Of a DNA stretch of 32,000 bases, positions 9,471-19,912 are shown one piece after another. Source of the DNA: Salmonella phage vB_Sen_I1; the sequence record MT233524.1, one strand, 5' to 3'. The number at the start of each line of letters is the position of its first letter. Positions within the stretch are counted from its first letter, which is position 1. The notes below the pieces were generated by a model. The model saw only the letters and a list, made by a program, of their open reading frames with translations, had not been told where the DNA came from and searched no databases. The translations under genes were made by a program, and so were the position numbers.

Positions 9471-10787
9471 TTATTTACCACGGGAAATAGAGTAAATTCC
9501 GTAGCGCAGCGCATCACAAAGGTGAGAGTTAGCATCATGACGTGGTTTTTCACGTGATAATTTCTCTTCGCCTTCCTGGAAGTCCCACTTATAGTTCTGC
9601 AATGCATGGATTAATGAGGAACATGAAGCATCTACAATAATCTTACCCTGCTGGAATAGCGCTTGCAAACATGCTAGACCATCTAGGACAGATTTCTTAG
9701 CAGGAGCAGAGGCAATCTCATGTTCATACGCTAAGTCCTGGCGAAACTGAGCTGCCGCAGAGTCAACAAAAATACGATCAACTTTATAACGATCTATACA
9801 GTGCTGAATATAAGCAGCATGCTGAGCTGTAGTTTTCTCCGCCTGCTGGTATTCTTCTAACACATAGTAGGTATCTGTATCGTAATGATACTTAATAGTA
9901 AGAACTGCTGTAGGATCACGATAACCAACGTCAATACCAAGTAACGTTTCGAATGCTTCATCATCTTTAAAGAAGTGACGCATACCTTTGAGGTCTTTAA
10001 CATGATCGATAGCATTAAAGGTATCAAAGATCTGGCCTTCGAATACAGAGAAGTCAGCCTCGTATTCCTGACGGAAGTAGTTTTTACTAACTGTACGACG
10101 TGCTTCCTCAATGTCATTCAGGTCAGCACGAGGGTTATCACGATATGTACCATGAATAGATACCCAGTTAGGTAACGTATCATCGAATCCGTAGGCGTAA
10201 AACTCTTTAAACCAGTTACCTCCACGAGGAGTAGAGATAAACAGAGCCTTAGAATTAGGTTTATCTAGGGTAGGACGCAACTGAACCCTGAAGGCATCAC
10301 CACCCACATCGGAAATTGCCGCTTCGTCAAAGATGATAAAGTCATATGAACGTCCAACCGCGGAGTCGGCCTGCGCCGCGGAAGCTAGTTTAAATAGTGA
10401 ACCATTAGCTAACTCAATTTCTTTATCTTTAGCGTTTTCACGTTCGGTTTGTAGGCCATACTTCTTAATAAGGCCGCGAATCTGAGACCATCCGATATTG
10501 GCCAGTGAGTAGTTAGGGGCAACTACTAGTACCTTCACATTAGGTTCCAGCAATTTTAGGAACCCAAGTGTATACGCTATAAAAGATTTACCTACACGGC
10601 GTGATACACACGCCGTTACAAAACGATGTCTAGGGTCTTCTAGCGCATTGATAATCGCTATTTGAGGGCCATTAGGTGTAATACCCTCTTGTGCTAATAT
10701 TCCGGAAACAGGTAGACGGAAGAAACGTTTGTCTATTCCGAAATCAATAACATCTACTGTGTTAACGTAGGGTCTTGATACTTCCAT
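9471..10787 (-). CDS. terL: Terminase large subunit
   Basis: 438 aa; Walker A-like VSRRVGKSF, Walker B YDFIIFDEAA, nuclease motifs LLGIDVGYRDPTAV and DSAAAQFRQDLA...DAL. Confidence 0.97.
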   Translation of the reverse strand: MEVSRPYVNTVDVIDFGIDKRFFRLPVSGILAQEGITPNGPQIAIINALEDPRHRFVTACVSRRVGKSFIAYTLGFLKLLEPNVKVLVVAPNYSLANIGWSQIRGLIKKYGLQTERENAKDKEIELANGSLFKLASAAQADSAVGRSYDFIIFDEAAISDVGGDAFRVQLRPTLDKPNSKALFISTPRGGNWFKEFYAYGFDDTLPNWVSIHGTYRDNPRADLNDIEEARRTVSKNYFRQEYEADFSVFEGQIFDTFNAIDHVKDLKGMRHFFKDDEAFETLLGIDVGYRDPTAVLTIKYHYDTDTYYVLEEYQQAEKTTAQHAAYIQHCIDRYKVDRIFVDSAAAQFRQDLAYEHEIASAPAKKSVLDGLACLQALFQQGKIIVDASCSSLIHALQNYKWDFQEGEEKLSREKPRHDANSHLCDALRYGIYSISRGK

Positions 10788-11269
10788 TACTTTTTACCTC
10801 CAGTAGCTAGGGAAGTAATTAAGTCCATGTAGTTTTGGTCCCCAGCTCCAGCAATAATGTTATTCTGGATGTTGGTCTGATTAGCGGGAGCACGGACAGC
10901 AGCTTTAGCTTTCTCTAACTCTACCATCATCTTCATTTCTTCCATCTTCATTTTGTGTGCCTTCCATAGAATATCCATAATATCCTGGTCAGAACCCATG
11001 CCAGTTTCTTCCAGTTCCTCTAGTTTACGTTTAATAACTTCATCTAGAACACCGAACAAACGATCTCTGTTACGGAATCCACTCTCCATAAAAATATCGT
11101 TTAAGTAGTTCTTAACTTCACTACGATTCATAATATCTCGGAAAGCAATTTCGGACATTCCAAGACTACGTGCGGCAGAAGGCACATCGCTGCCACACTG
11201 TAAATAAGCTTCAATCACATCCATCCCTTCAGGGGACATAAGATCTGGTACTAATACATCATTTGCCAT
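10787..11269 (-). CDS. Terminase small subunit (probable)
   Basis: 160-aa ORF directly upstream of TerL, N-terminal helix-turn-helix-like region [22 protein letters not shown]. Confidence 0.82.
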   Translation of the reverse strand: MANDVLVPDLMSPEGMDVIEAYLQCGSDVPSAARSLGMSEIAFRDIMNRSEVKNYLNDIFMESGFRNRDRLFGVLDEVIKRKLEELEETGMGSDQDIMDILWKAHKMKMEEMKMMVELEKAKAAVRAPANQTNIQNNIIAGAGDQNYMDLITSLATGGKK

Positions 11270-11279
11270 ATTTCCTCCT

Positions 11280-13067
11280 TTAGGTAAGGCGTTGAATTGT
11301 TACTCTTAATCTAGGTAAGAAGACGGCGGCGGATTCATTTGCATGTATAACTACACCTAGCTCAGCATTACCATTACCCAGATTTTTAATAGTATAGATA
11401 AATCCACTTCTACGAAATGTTAAATCATCTGGTCGACTAGCCCACTGTTGTGTATAACTATAGGAAGCTGTAGTATGAAATGGCACCAAATGATTAGGAG
11501 GTAGGGTTAATATTTGATGAAATATCCCATCACCCCCTGTATAACTTTGCTGTCTTCTCCCCTGCACTTGCCATGCAGTGCCACCATATGTTCGTATAGG
11601 ACCCCCTGCTGTATTAAGATTTCCAGCAACCACCTCAGTAGTTAGGATTACTGTAGAGTTTGCATTTGGTAGTCCAAGACCTACTGTAGATAGGGCTACG
11701 TACTTATTCCCTGTACCTGGATAAGAAGGGTTTATGTCATCACCTATGTAGGTACTAGCTACGTTATTTGGTAGTAATCGTAAAGGTACTGAAGAAGGGC
11801 CCCAAACAACCCCGTGCTCATTACCTATAGTATTATTGTTGGAATTAACATACCATTGTTTACCCGCAGAGAATTTGTAAATACTTATCTGAGACTTAGA
11901 ACCCCCATAGTTTACAGGAGACCATAAGGAACCCTTATTAGATCCCACAATTTCGCATCTTGCTGTAGTGTCTCCAAAGACTCCGGTATAAGCAACGTTA
12001 TTACCAATGTACTCCATATCAGGTCTAGATGATAAGTTACCAAAAGCATTCTGGTTAATAAATTTGTAACTAGTATTTGGAAGACTAACACCTTTTATAG
12101 TAAAGTTAGAAGGGCTTATACGAATATCGGATCCAGTAAATGGGTTACTAGCAACGCTCATACCACCATTAGAGTATCTAAGATTCAGCACATACCAGAT
12201 AACTTTGGTTGGAGTAATATTATAACTATCTTGCACATACTGCTTCTTTGCTGCTTGTGATGCTAAGTTAGACGTTGAGCCTCTACATACATAAACCTTA
12301 TTTGGGTAGGTTGAAGAGTTGTATAGTACACTAACATTACTTGGCGTAGTGCCCTTTTTACCAGCATATCCACGTATATTGGAGTTACAAACATAAAACC
12401 AAGTATGACCTCTCTTTCCAGCCCCTATAGGAGCCTGCCAGTTAGGGTGCCAGAAGTCAACATTACCACTATTTATCGATACTTTAGATGCTCCGGCTGG
12501 AAATCCTGCTAAAGTCCATGCTCTACCTATAGCTTCACCGGCATATGCCCCTCCAGGTCTGTATAAGTTAAACCCAGAAGCCTGTGATATAGTACCACCA
12601 GTACCTTGTCTAGCTATTGACTCCTCATGGCCTAGACTAGAGTTATAAGTATAAGTACCGTGTGCTAAACTATTACCAGATGCAAAAGCTGATGTAAGAC
12701 CTACTTCAGCACCAGCCCTACCAATAGGAGGGTCTTCAAAAAATGCAAGAAATTGTCCAACTTGGGATTGAGTACCATTCAAAAAACCACGATGAGTACC
12801 ATTAATTTCAACAGCGGTTAGTATAACTCTACCAGGATCATTGCTCTTTAGATTAGCTATTACAGAAGGCATTTGGCATACAAAGAACCCATTACCAGCA
12901 CTACTTAATGCACTTTCATAAGTACTCTCAACTAGAACAAATGGCATATCAGAGTGAAATATAGTATTGGCGTTAGGAGTTTTGTGAGCATTAATATCCC
13001 CACCATTCACCTTGTTTAGTGATAATACAGTTTTACCATCACTATATTTTCCAGCGAAAAAACCCAT
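11280..13067 (-). CDS. oad: Receptor-binding protein, T5 pb5 homologue
   Basis: 595 aa; starts [28 protein letters not shown]...TIFHSDMP and ends VTIQRLT, with [17 protein letters not shown]...[15 protein letters not shown], all recognisably pb5-like. Confidence 0.85.
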   Translation of the reverse strand: MGFFAGKYSDGKTVLSLNKVNGGDINAHKTPNANTIFHSDMPFVLVESTYESALSSAGNGFFVCQMPSVIANLKSNDPGRVILTAVEINGTHRGFLNGTQSQVGQFLAFFEDPPIGRAGAEVGLTSAFASGNSLAHGTYTYNSSLGHEESIARQGTGGTISQASGFNLYRPGGAYAGEAIGRAWTLAGFPAGASKVSINSGNVDFWHPNWQAPIGAGKRGHTWFYVCNSNIRGYAGKKGTTPSNVSVLYNSSTYPNKVYVCRGSTSNLASQAAKKQYVQDSYNITPTKVIWYVLNLRYSNGGMSVASNPFTGSDIRISPSNFTIKGVSLPNTSYKFINQNAFGNLSSRPDMEYIGNNVAYTGVFGDTTARCEIVGSNKGSLWSPVNYGGSKSQISIYKFSAGKQWYVNSNNNTIGNEHGVVWGPSSVPLRLLPNNVASTYIGDDINPSYPGTGNKYVALSTVGLGLPNANSTVILTTEVVAGNLNTAGGPIRTYGGTAWQVQGRRQQSYTGGDGIFHQILTLPPNHLVPFHTTASYSYTQQWASRPDDLTFRRSGFIYTIKNLGNGNAELGVVIHANESAAVFLPRLRVTIQRLT

Positions 13068-13092
13068 ATAATCTCCTATTATAAAAATGTAT

Positions 13093-13121
13093 TTGCTTTT
13101 ATCTCTCTATTTTGCTATAAT
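13093..13121 (+). promoter_or_regulatory. Sigma70-type promoter for the lipoprotein gene
   Basis: TTGCTT (13093-13098), 17-bp spacer, perfect TATAAT (13116-13121), 31 bp upstream of the ATG at 13153. Confidence 0.75.
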
Positions 13122-13152
13122 AGACTCATAAATTAGAAATGGAGAGATAAAT

Positions 13153-13419
13153 ATGAAAAAGTTTGTGATTGCACTAGTTGCCGCAGTTATGTTATCTGGT
13201 TGTGCACCTGCCCCCAAACCATTTTGTACGGGATTTGTAAAATCTTTTGGTGGTGCGGGGAAGGAACATTACGGCCTCAAGGTTCAGAAAGTTCGTATTA
13301 AGGGAGATCGCTTTCCAGTAGTACAGCTCCGTACTAAGTTTGGGTGGTGGGATCTCAGTCAGTTTGACCTTAAATATGGTGATTGTAAATTTAAACTAGA
13401 GCAATCTAATTACTTGTAA
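13153..13419 (+). CDS. llp: Llp-like lipoprotein (superinfection exclusion / receptor-blocking candidate)
   Basis: 88 aa; signal peptide with lipobox (MKKFVIALVAAVMLSGCAP) divergent to the pb5-like gene, as llp/oad in T5; preceded by ggagagataaat. Confidence 0.78.
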   Translation: MKKFVIALVAAVMLSGCAPAPKPFCTGFVKSFGGAGKEHYGLKVQKVRIKGDRFPVVQLRTKFGWWDLSQFDLKYGDCKFKLEQSNYL

Positions 13420-13723
13420 TTAGTATAAAGCAAAAAGACATCCAAGTAAACTAAATTTTTTATTTCTTGGATGGTGTACTGGCAGAAACCACTATATGAG
13501 AAAAGTAGAAGTCCTTCTAGGAATTCACAAGCACGGTCGGTTATGCACAACTTATAGAATATTTCAAATACCACACTTATAGGAGCAGGAAAGATATGTC
13601 AAACAAAAGAAAGAGCAGGCGTGGAGAAGTGTATGAGAGTTGGATAAATAGTTTTGGGTTCGGAACTATCCTATTCTTTATTTTCGTAGGTTTTTGGTTA
13701 GCAGCTATGGCGGGGTGGATTTA

Positions 13724-13831
13724 ATGGGATGGATAATTATTGCGTTGCTAGGGATTGTGATTATTGGGCAATGTATCTTAGATAATCACTTAGCTAGAAT
13801 TGAGACCTTATTATTGGAGAAACGTAAATGA
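13724..13831 (+). CDS. Small putative membrane protein
   Basis: MGWIIIALLGIVIIGQCILDNHLARIETLLLEKRK (35 aa), stop overlaps the next ORF start (aaATGATGg). Confidence 0.45.
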   Translation: MGWIIIALLGIVIIGQCILDNHLARIETLLLEKRK

Positions 13832-14022
13832 TGGAAGTAGCAGCTACACTAATAGTAATACTAGTATGGGCAATTTTCATTGTTTCTTATACCGCGTATG
13901 TTCGCCTAAAAACTCTAGAGGCTCAAGTAAAACAGCAACAATTTGCTATAGAAAAATTAGTAGAACTGCAACGTTGTGATAGCACCCGTATTCTGCAAAT
14001 TGAGAGGGAATTAGATGTTTAG
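13828..14022 (+). CDS. Small membrane protein, unknown
   Basis: 64 aa with N-terminal transmembrane segment and charged coiled-coil tail; overlaps neighbours in a compact operon. Confidence 0.65.
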   Translation: MMEVAATLIVILVWAIFIVSYTAYVRLKTLEAQVKQQQFAIEKLVELQRCDSTRILQIERELDV

Positions 14023-14239
14023 TATTGTAATTGCTTTTATTATCGGGATACTCGCGGGGGTTTTCGGGACGACTGCGGCAATCAACAAGCATCGTAAATA
14101 TATTGCGGAAGTATCGCGGGAGATTGCGGAAAGGGAGCGGAAGTTTGACGAGAAACGTGCGGAGTTCGAACGGGAGTGGTCGGATGGATCTCGGGCGTCG
14201 CGGAAGAGATTCCGGGCTAAGGTGAGTGATGAAGAATAA
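14015..14239 (+). CDS. Small membrane-anchored, highly charged protein, unknown
   Basis: 74 aa; N-terminal TM (IVIAFIIGILAGVFGTTAAI) then Glu/Arg-rich helix. Confidence 0.65.
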   Translation: MFSIVIAFIIGILAGVFGTTAAINKHRKYIAEVSREIAERERKFDEKRAEFEREWSDGSRASRKRFRAKVSDEE

Positions 14240-14765
14240 CTTAAGTATACAGGATATACAAGAAGCATTTGCTTATGATCCCGAAACTGGAGTTTTTACC
14301 TGGAAAAGAGGCAATCGTAAGGGTAAAGAAGCAGGTACTTTAAATAGGGGTTATAGGCAGCTTAAGTATCGAGGGTTTAAAGCTTATGCACATCAAGTAG
14401 CTTTTGTTATTATGGAGAATAGATGGCCAGAGGAGTGTGTAGACCACATAGATAGGAATAAGCTAAATAATAGATGGTCAAATTTAAGAGAGGCTTCAAT
14501 TACAGAGAATAATCATAATGGCAGAATCTCAAGAGCATCATCAGGCTATCTAAATGTTACATGGCATAAAGAACTTCAGAAGTGGATGGTAAGATTACAC
14601 GATAAACTGGGGTTGATACGTGGTACTACTAAGTATTTTCCCTATAGTGGATTAGAAGATGCTGTAAATTATGCAAATTTACTAAGGAGGACATTTCATG
14701 GTGACTTTGCAATACAGGAGATATTCAAAGGAAGTATACCAGACGTTGCACAATTAAACAGTTAA
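14226..14765 (+). CDS. HNH homing endonuclease with AP2-like DNA-binding domain
   Basis: 179 aa; AHQVAFVIMENRWPEECVDHIDRNKLNNRWSNLREAS (HNH) followed by SGYLNVTWHKELQKWMVRL (AP2-like). Confidence 0.88.
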   Translation: MMKNNLSIQDIQEAFAYDPETGVFTWKRGNRKGKEAGTLNRGYRQLKYRGFKAYAHQVAFVIMENRWPEECVDHIDRNKLNNRWSNLREASITENNHNGRISRASSGYLNVTWHKELQKWMVRLHDKLGLIRGTTKYFPYSGLEDAVNYANLLRRTFHGDFAIQEIFKGSIPDVAQLNS

Positions 14766-14886
14766 TTAGCACTAAAATGACTTTTGCCAAATTCTTTGGA
14801 TTACGTACGCGTGGGTGGGTGCACTGCCTCCGGCGAAAATACTTAGTCTGCTAACCGCCACCCCCGTTACTATTACCATGCTAACT

Positions 14887-14923
14887 GTTTCACCCTGCAA
14901 CCATTTTAATTGCAAGGTGAAAC
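14887..14923. terminator. Hairpin at the 3' end of dmp
   Basis: GTTTCACCCTGCAA-ccattttaa-TTGCAAGGTGAAAC, 14-bp stem with one mismatch, 17 bp beyond the dmp stop. Confidence 0.6.
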
Positions 14924-14940
14924 AATTTCAACCTTAATTA

Positions 14941-15675
14941 TTATGCGACTTTTAGTTTCTCAATATATTGTTGCGGGCTGCAACTATATTCTGCGCGTTC
15001 TTCCTCGGTCATACCTTCCCAACATAATTTCAAACGATCGGCTAGGAACTGATAATCATTATCATCCTCAAGGGATTCATCAATAAAGGTTTCACCTATC
15101 AATGTGACACCGATTGATAGAATATCATTAATAGCTTGCGCGTCCAGCGTTTTAAATCCATATGATGCCGCCGCTGCCAATACTCCCTTATGGTCGTCGA
15201 TCATTGTAAAATCAGCGTTCGGATATAACTGCTTGAATAGCTCAAAGTAATGGCTTTTATATATATCGTCTTTACTGTGGTATATTTCGCTAACTTTATC
15301 AGCCTCAAAATATTTGTGCAGTGTATCGCGGGAAAATACACGGATATTACTACCCCTACGCCCCCGCAGTCCTTGTTTGCGCAAATAATAATAATCCGAT
15401 TTGCTCATCAGTCGAGCGGTGCAAATAATGTTTAACGTGTTGGCGTCGTTCATGCATTGGCGCATATAGGTAACGAGCGGCAGCAAAGTATCTTGCATGA
15501 TTAAATCATGTTTGCACGCTTCATTTTTATACTTATTTAAATCTAAATTCCCATCGTTATCAAAGCAAGGCGCTACGCGATGGAATGAATTAACGATAGT
15601 GCCATCCAGATCCCAGATCATGACGCGGGAAATATGCGGGAAATTACGGGTAATATTCGTTTTAACTTGATTCAT
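14941..15675 (-). CDS. dmp: 5'-deoxyribonucleotidase (pre-early, HAD family)
   Basis: From MNQVKTNITRNFPHISRVMIWDLDGTIVNSFH gives 244 aa, as T5 Dmp; HAD motifs DLDGT and MIDDHKG. The track ORF extends to 15831 without likely function. Confidence 0.92.
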   Translation of the reverse strand: MNQVKTNITRNFPHISRVMIWDLDGTIVNSFHRVAPCFDNDGNLDLNKYKNEACKHDLIMQDTLLPLVTYMRQCMNDANTLNIICTARLMSKSDYYYLRKQGLRGRRGSNIRVFSRDTLHKYFEADKVSEIYHSKDDIYKSHYFELFKQLYPNADFTMIDDHKGVLAAAASYGFKTLDAQAINDILSIGVTLIGETFIDESLEDDNDYQFLADRLKLCWEGMTEEERAEYSCSPQQYIEKLKVA

Positions 15676-15755
15676 TTTGTTACGTTCTCCGTTAAAGGGA
15701 TTTAGTTTATCCAGCATTGCCCGCTGATAGATAGCGGGCAATAATAAATCAACTA

Positions 15756-16148
15756 TCAAAGACCATAAGCCAACGCATCGGCGATGGCGGTAATATCTTC
15801 GCCCGATACGCTGGAACGAATGCCCGCGCATGTAAATACTTTTGCGCTCATTAGCTGATCATCAAGACAAGCGGGACAAGGGGCAACTACTGCGAAAGCT
15901 AAACCTGATTTTACGGCGTCGATGATAGTCGTTTCTTGTTTCATCGTGTCAATGTAAACGCCTTTCGCCTTGATGCGGCTGGATAGTTTGCCCGTGGTAT
16001 AGGCGAAAGTCGTGATCTGCAGCGCCTCGTTAAACTCGATTAAATCATCAACAACGTGACCGGCCTCAACGTGATACCGCTCACCATTAGAATAAACTAG
16101 GACGATGGAAGAACGAGCGCGATCGAATGGGATATTTTGCTTTTTCAT
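15756..16148 (-). CDS. Pre-early protein of unknown function with CPAC motif
   Basis: 130-aa ORF between dmp and A1 with compact spacing. Confidence 0.65.
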   Translation of the reverse strand: MKKQNIPFDRARSSIVLVYSNGERYHVEAGHVVDDLIEFNEALQITTFAYTTGKLSSRIKAKGVYIDTMKQETTIIDAVKSGLAFAVVAPCPACLDDQLMSAKVFTCAGIRSSVSGEDITAIADALAYGL

Positions 16149-16183
16149 ATTTATAAAACTCCAATTAATTTAATAAGGCGTTT

Positions 16184-16205
16184 AAGCTGGGAATACTCCC
16201 AGCTT
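16184..16205. terminator. Hairpin at the 3' end of A1
   Basis: AAGCTGGGA-atac-TCCCAGCTT, perfect 9-bp stem, 10 bp beyond the stop at 16216. Confidence 0.6.
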
Positions 16206-16215
16206 ATAAATTTAA

Positions 16216-17880
16216 TTACGCGAAAAATTTGCCGTTCTTAAAGTCAATCAAGGTGCGTTGACCGTTTGCATAGGTAATAACATGCGTTTGCGTCCAGCTT
16301 GACGCGCCAACGTTATAGCCCATATCAAGGGAACCAGACACGCCGGCGGTATATACGCCGCCGTAAATGCTGGCGGTGTGGGTGTGCCCCGTGTTTAATT
16401 TGCCCAATTTCTTGAACTGTTTCGGATTGCCACGGCTCCCATTAATGCCATTGTGACCGTGTACGCCGCACTCAATGCCTGCAATCTTGAAAGATTGATC
16501 AGTCGTTAGGAAAATTGCGTTAAACTCACAACCTGCAACCTTACGCAGCGCATAATCTAGCACGTTGAAAGTATCGTCATGATCACCGATTGCCGCGTAA
16601 ATCGCAGCATTAAGGCGGTGATATAACTCCGCGTTTGCTGGGTCGTCTTTGATGTTAGCATTACGATCATCTAACCAGCGGGATAGCGCCAGATCGTGAT
16701 TCGATTCAACAATGATTGTTTGAGAATAATCGCGCTCCATTGATTCCAGTACGCGCCCCGTATCGATAAGATCATCCAGAACTTTATCACGTCCGGCGGC
16801 GTACTGTTTCGCTAGGAATACACCGGAGGCACGATTATGATGATTGCGTGATGTAAAATCATGCACGTCATGGACGAATTGATATTTTGGCTTGAGAATA
16901 TCAAGCAAGCTATTTTCGCCAGCCCATGACGCGGCGGCGCAATCCTCGTCCAGTTTTTCAGCGTGGACGTCGCCATATTGTAAACCTAAAACGTGCCCCG
17001 TTGTTTCGTAGCATCCGGCGGGAGTAGCGCAAACATTCAGATCATAAAACACGCCGCTTTCGTCCATCGTTTCAAGCTGGCGAACAAAAAATTCACCGTC
17101 TTCGTCGAACTCAACAATAAGCGCACCAAAATTATGTAACGCTTCCGCTTTTTGCCCTGCTTTTTGCTGAATGTAATTTTTAAGCGTTGCCGTGCCCGTT
17201 GAATACATGCGGCGCACTACTTCACCTTTTAAAGCTGGCACGTTTTCGGCGGTGATTTTAGCCGCTCCAATTGCCAGACCTTCAAGATTAAGCGCGGTTG
17301 CAGTTTCAGCAAATCCAGAAAGCGGATAATCTGCAGTGGGCAAAACATTAATTTCAGCCATGAAAGCAAAACGGCGATTATTCAAAAACACGTTTTTGCT
17401 GCAGATATATTTGTCAAATGCAGAATCATATTTTACCCCGTCCGCGCCTTCTCCATTTTGGAATCCGTTTTTATTATAAATATACTTAGAAACAAGCAAA
17501 TCAGCGCCGATAAATTGGGCATATTGTTCAAGCGAGGATAAAAAGTTTTTATGAGGGAAAGTATTATTCTGAATCGAGGTAATAATAAAGCGTTTGCCTT
17601 GTTTTACTTCCCAGCTTTCCACCGTGCTAGAAATAACTCCAGCGGCTTCAGGGCGGTCATCGTTTTTAATGGCTTTTGCTACTTTTGCCGCTTTTGGTTT
17701 CGCTGGTTTATTTGCTTCCAACCAATCACAAATAGCGGTGGAATGTTTTGCAGTATCGTAAACCGCTTTTGAGATGTCGTCGCAGACTTCCAGCTTAGTA
17801 GCGCGTAGGCGTTTACCGTAGAAATTGAAATCAGCGGCAAGGTTGAGGATCTGGGCTTGTTTTTCTGCGGAAATAACCAT
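16216..17880 (-). CDS. A1: Pre-early protein A1, calcineurin-like phosphoesterase/nuclease homologue
   Basis: 554 aa; metallophosphoesterase motifs ESNHD, GDHDD, HGHNG, GHTH; length and position as T5 A1. Confidence 0.92.
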   Translation of the reverse strand: MVISAEKQAQILNLAADFNFYGKRLRATKLEVCDDISKAVYDTAKHSTAICDWLEANKPAKPKAAKVAKAIKNDDRPEAAGVISSTVESWEVKQGKRFIITSIQNNTFPHKNFLSSLEQYAQFIGADLLVSKYIYNKNGFQNGEGADGVKYDSAFDKYICSKNVFLNNRRFAFMAEINVLPTADYPLSGFAETATALNLEGLAIGAAKITAENVPALKGEVVRRMYSTGTATLKNYIQQKAGQKAEALHNFGALIVEFDEDGEFFVRQLETMDESGVFYDLNVCATPAGCYETTGHVLGLQYGDVHAEKLDEDCAAASWAGENSLLDILKPKYQFVHDVHDFTSRNHHNRASGVFLAKQYAAGRDKVLDDLIDTGRVLESMERDYSQTIIVESNHDLALSRWLDDRNANIKDDPANAELYHRLNAAIYAAIGDHDDTFNVLDYALRKVAGCEFNAIFLTTDQSFKIAGIECGVHGHNGINGSRGNPKQFKKLGKLNTGHTHTASIYGGVYTAGVSGSLDMGYNVGASSWTQTHVITYANGQRTLIDFKNGKFFA

Positions 17881-17939
17881 AGTAATAAAACTCCGTTAAA
17901 GGGATTAGAAACGTTTGTTATTGGCAAATATTGCCAGAT

Positions 17940-17965
17940 ATAACGCCTTGAATAATAGGCGTTAT
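17940..17965. terminator. Hairpin at the 3' end of the 17978-18175 gene
   Basis: ATAACGCCT-tgaataat-AGGCGTTAT. Confidence 0.5.
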
Positions 17966-17977
17966 AATTTGCAATAT

Positions 17978-18175
17978 TTAACTAATCGGCATAAGGCTAG
18001 AACTAACACCACAAGCAACGGCGGCAATAAAACAAATCAGACCTAAACGCTTTGCTAACTTAGATTTGCGTTTAAAATAATATGAATCTAAATCATTTTG
18101 GAAGTATGCGAACAATAACGAGGCCGCCATAATAAACAAGCCCAAAATTAGCGATTCAGTTGGGTAAAAGATCAT
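17978..18175 (-). CDS. Small membrane protein of the pre-early region
   Basis: MIFYPTESLILGLFIMAASLLFAYFQNDLDS... two predicted TM segments; the track ORF starts at 18193 but the MIFYP start is more plausible. Confidence 0.6.
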   Translation of the reverse strand: MIFYPTESLILGLFIMAASLLFAYFQNDLDSYYFKRKSKLAKRLGLICFIAAVACGVSSSLMPIS

Positions 18176-18202
18176 TTTTAAAACTCCAGTCAAAGGGAAA
18201 TT

Positions 18203-18226
18203 ATAGCGGGGAATATTCCCCGCTAT
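18203..18226. terminator. Perfect 24-bp palindrome at the 3' end of A2
   Basis: ATAGCGGGGAATATTCCCCGCTAT, immediately after the A2 stop (18233). Confidence 0.6.
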
Positions 18227-18232
18227 TTAAAT

Positions 18233-18640
18233 TTATTCGCCTGCGGCCTGTTTTACTTCATCGGCAACGCCCAATAGTTGCGCCACGGCGTCCAGCGTTT
18301 CCAATTTTGCACTTTCCAGTGATGCCAGATCGTCAGCGTCCTTGATAATGCCGGAATCGATGGCGTGTTTTGCAATAACGCGCACATAATGCGCTTTACG
18401 AATGGAACTACCGCCGCCAACTTTACGCGGCTTATCGCTTTTCTGATACGCTTTCGCGCTGGTCAATTTTGAGCGAACAGACACGGGAGAGGCCGCACCT
18501 ACTGCTTTCGCGATCTCTTTCAAGCCGTCGCTATTTGCGAAATCTAAACCGTTCTCATTGATTAGCTGTTGATACATGGTAACAGCCTGCTGGGTGTTTT
18601 CTTCATTCCAAGAAAATTTTGCGGTTTTAACGTTAGTCAT
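18233..18640 (-). CDS. A2: Pre-early protein A2 (DNA second-step transfer)
   Basis: 135 aa, same length and position relative to A1 as T5 A2; DNA-binding-like composition. Confidence 0.82.
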   Translation of the reverse strand: MTNVKTAKFSWNEENTQQAVTMYQQLINENGLDFANSDGLKEIAKAVGAASPVSVRSKLTSAKAYQKSDKPRKVGGGSSIRKAHYVRVIAKHAIDSGIIKDADDLASLESAKLETLDAVAQLLGVADEVKQAAGE

Positions 18641-18696
18641 GGTAAAAACTCCAATTAATTTAATTTAAGGGATAAGATTAACATAATGTTAATCGT

Positions 18697-18725
18697 TATA
18701 TGCCCCGAACTACTAGGGGCATATA
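18697..18725. terminator. Hairpin at the 3' end of the 83-aa gene
   Basis: TATATGCCCC-gaactacta-GGGGCATATA; a second perfect hairpin GATTAACAT-a-ATGTTAATC lies next to it at 18676-18694. Confidence 0.55.
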
Positions 18726-18737
18726 AAAGTAACACTA

Positions 18738-18989
18738 TTACGCTACAGCTTCCCATTTTTCATTGCGCTGGGCAACCTTTACAACGTCGCCCGATTTAAC
18801 TCGAACGTTATAAATAGTTTTCCCGTTGTTACTCCGTTCCGTTTCAGCATATACCGCATCAATTACATCGAACGGCATAAGCGCCGCGCCTTTGATGCGT
18901 TCGGCTTTTCCAGTTGCCTCATCCGTTTTAGTAACGAAAGGAATAAAAACAGATTGACCAATTTTCGGCGCGGTAATAACGTTTTTCAT
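18738..18989 (-). CDS. Small pre-early protein, unknown
   Basis: 83-aa ORF (MKNVITAPKIGQSVFIPFVTK...) with compact spacing. Confidence 0.65.
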   Translation of the reverse strand: MKNVITAPKIGQSVFIPFVTKTDEATGKAERIKGAALMPFDVIDAVYAETERSNNGKTIYNVRVKSGDVVKVAQRNEKWEAVA

Positions 18990-19024
18990 GGTATAAACTC
19001 CAGTTATTTAGTGGATTGTTCCGC

Positions 19025-19051
19025 ATTATCTGCTAGAAAGTAGCAGATAAT
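19025..19051. terminator. Strong hairpin between the 67-aa and 83-aa genes
   Basis: ATTATCTGCTA-gaaag-TAGCAGATAAT, 11-bp perfect stem. Confidence 0.5.
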
Positions 19052-19216
19052 AAGAAAAAATCCACTCGCCATTATAATCAATTTAAAGAACTCCACTCAG
19101 GCCGCTATATCCCAGTTAGGGGGCGGGACACATTATGGTAAGTGCCGACCGTCAAATTTTATCAAGTTATCGCTCTCATCGAACTGGGTATATCTTAAAG
19201 CCTATCGGCTAGGGTG

Positions 19217-19420
19217 TCAAACTATTTTTTGCAGTTTTTTATGATTTTCTTTCAGGTCAATCATAATATTGCGCCAGATCATTTCTAACCCTTGCTGGCG
19301 GCCTTTCTTGTACTGCGCAAATCGGTATTTTACGGATTGCTGGGCTATTGTCAATAGCTTTCTAGTATTGCCATCCAATTTTTTGGCTGGTTTGCCAGTG
19401 ATCAATAAAGTTTGTTTCAT
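19217..19420 (-). CDS. Small basic protein, unknown
   Basis: 67-aa Lys/Arg-rich ORF in the pre-early block. Confidence 0.55.
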   Translation of the reverse strand: MKQTLLITGKPAKKLDGNTRKLLTIAQQSVKYRFAQYKKGRQQGLEMIWRNIMIDLKENHKKLQKIV

Positions 19421-19912
19421 ATCGTCGATTCCTTATAATGTAATAAGTTTACCGCCGATAGGCTTTAAGATATACCCAATTTTTAAAGAGCGCGGCGGGA
19501 AGTTTACCGCCGTGTAGTTCGTCATTGCCGCCCTACGAGATAAATAATAACAAACAACGAAAAAGGCGCAACCTTATTTTTGTAAAGAAACGTAAAGAAA
19601 GCAACACGCCCGGCGCTCATCTAAGTTTAAAGGAAACGGGCGCGCGGATACCATAAAACCTAGCAGATAGGCAAGTAATTTTTTCATTTATATTTGCTTT
19701 GGGGGTATTGACAAAACTTGTTTCGCTCGTGGTGAGGATAAACGGGCTATCCCCTTATGATGGGATACCTGAAAAATTTACCGCTTTCTAGGGCGTTTTA
19801 GGCCGCCTAAAATTGATTTAACAAATATTTAACAACTGCAAAATTGAAAAATAGTTGTAAAAGGTATTGACTTTTCAAAATCAAGACTAAATGAGTTATT
19901 TTATAAAATTAA

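Noticed and set aside
9857-10175. ORFs of 86 and 66 aa overlapping terL
   Set aside because: Alternative-frame ORFs inside the well-supported terminase gene, without SD sequences.
17551-18345. Plus-strand ORFs at 17551-17772 and 18160-18345 and the minus ORF at 17679-17927
   Set aside because: Overlap A1, A2 or the small membrane gene in other frames; no supporting composition or SD.
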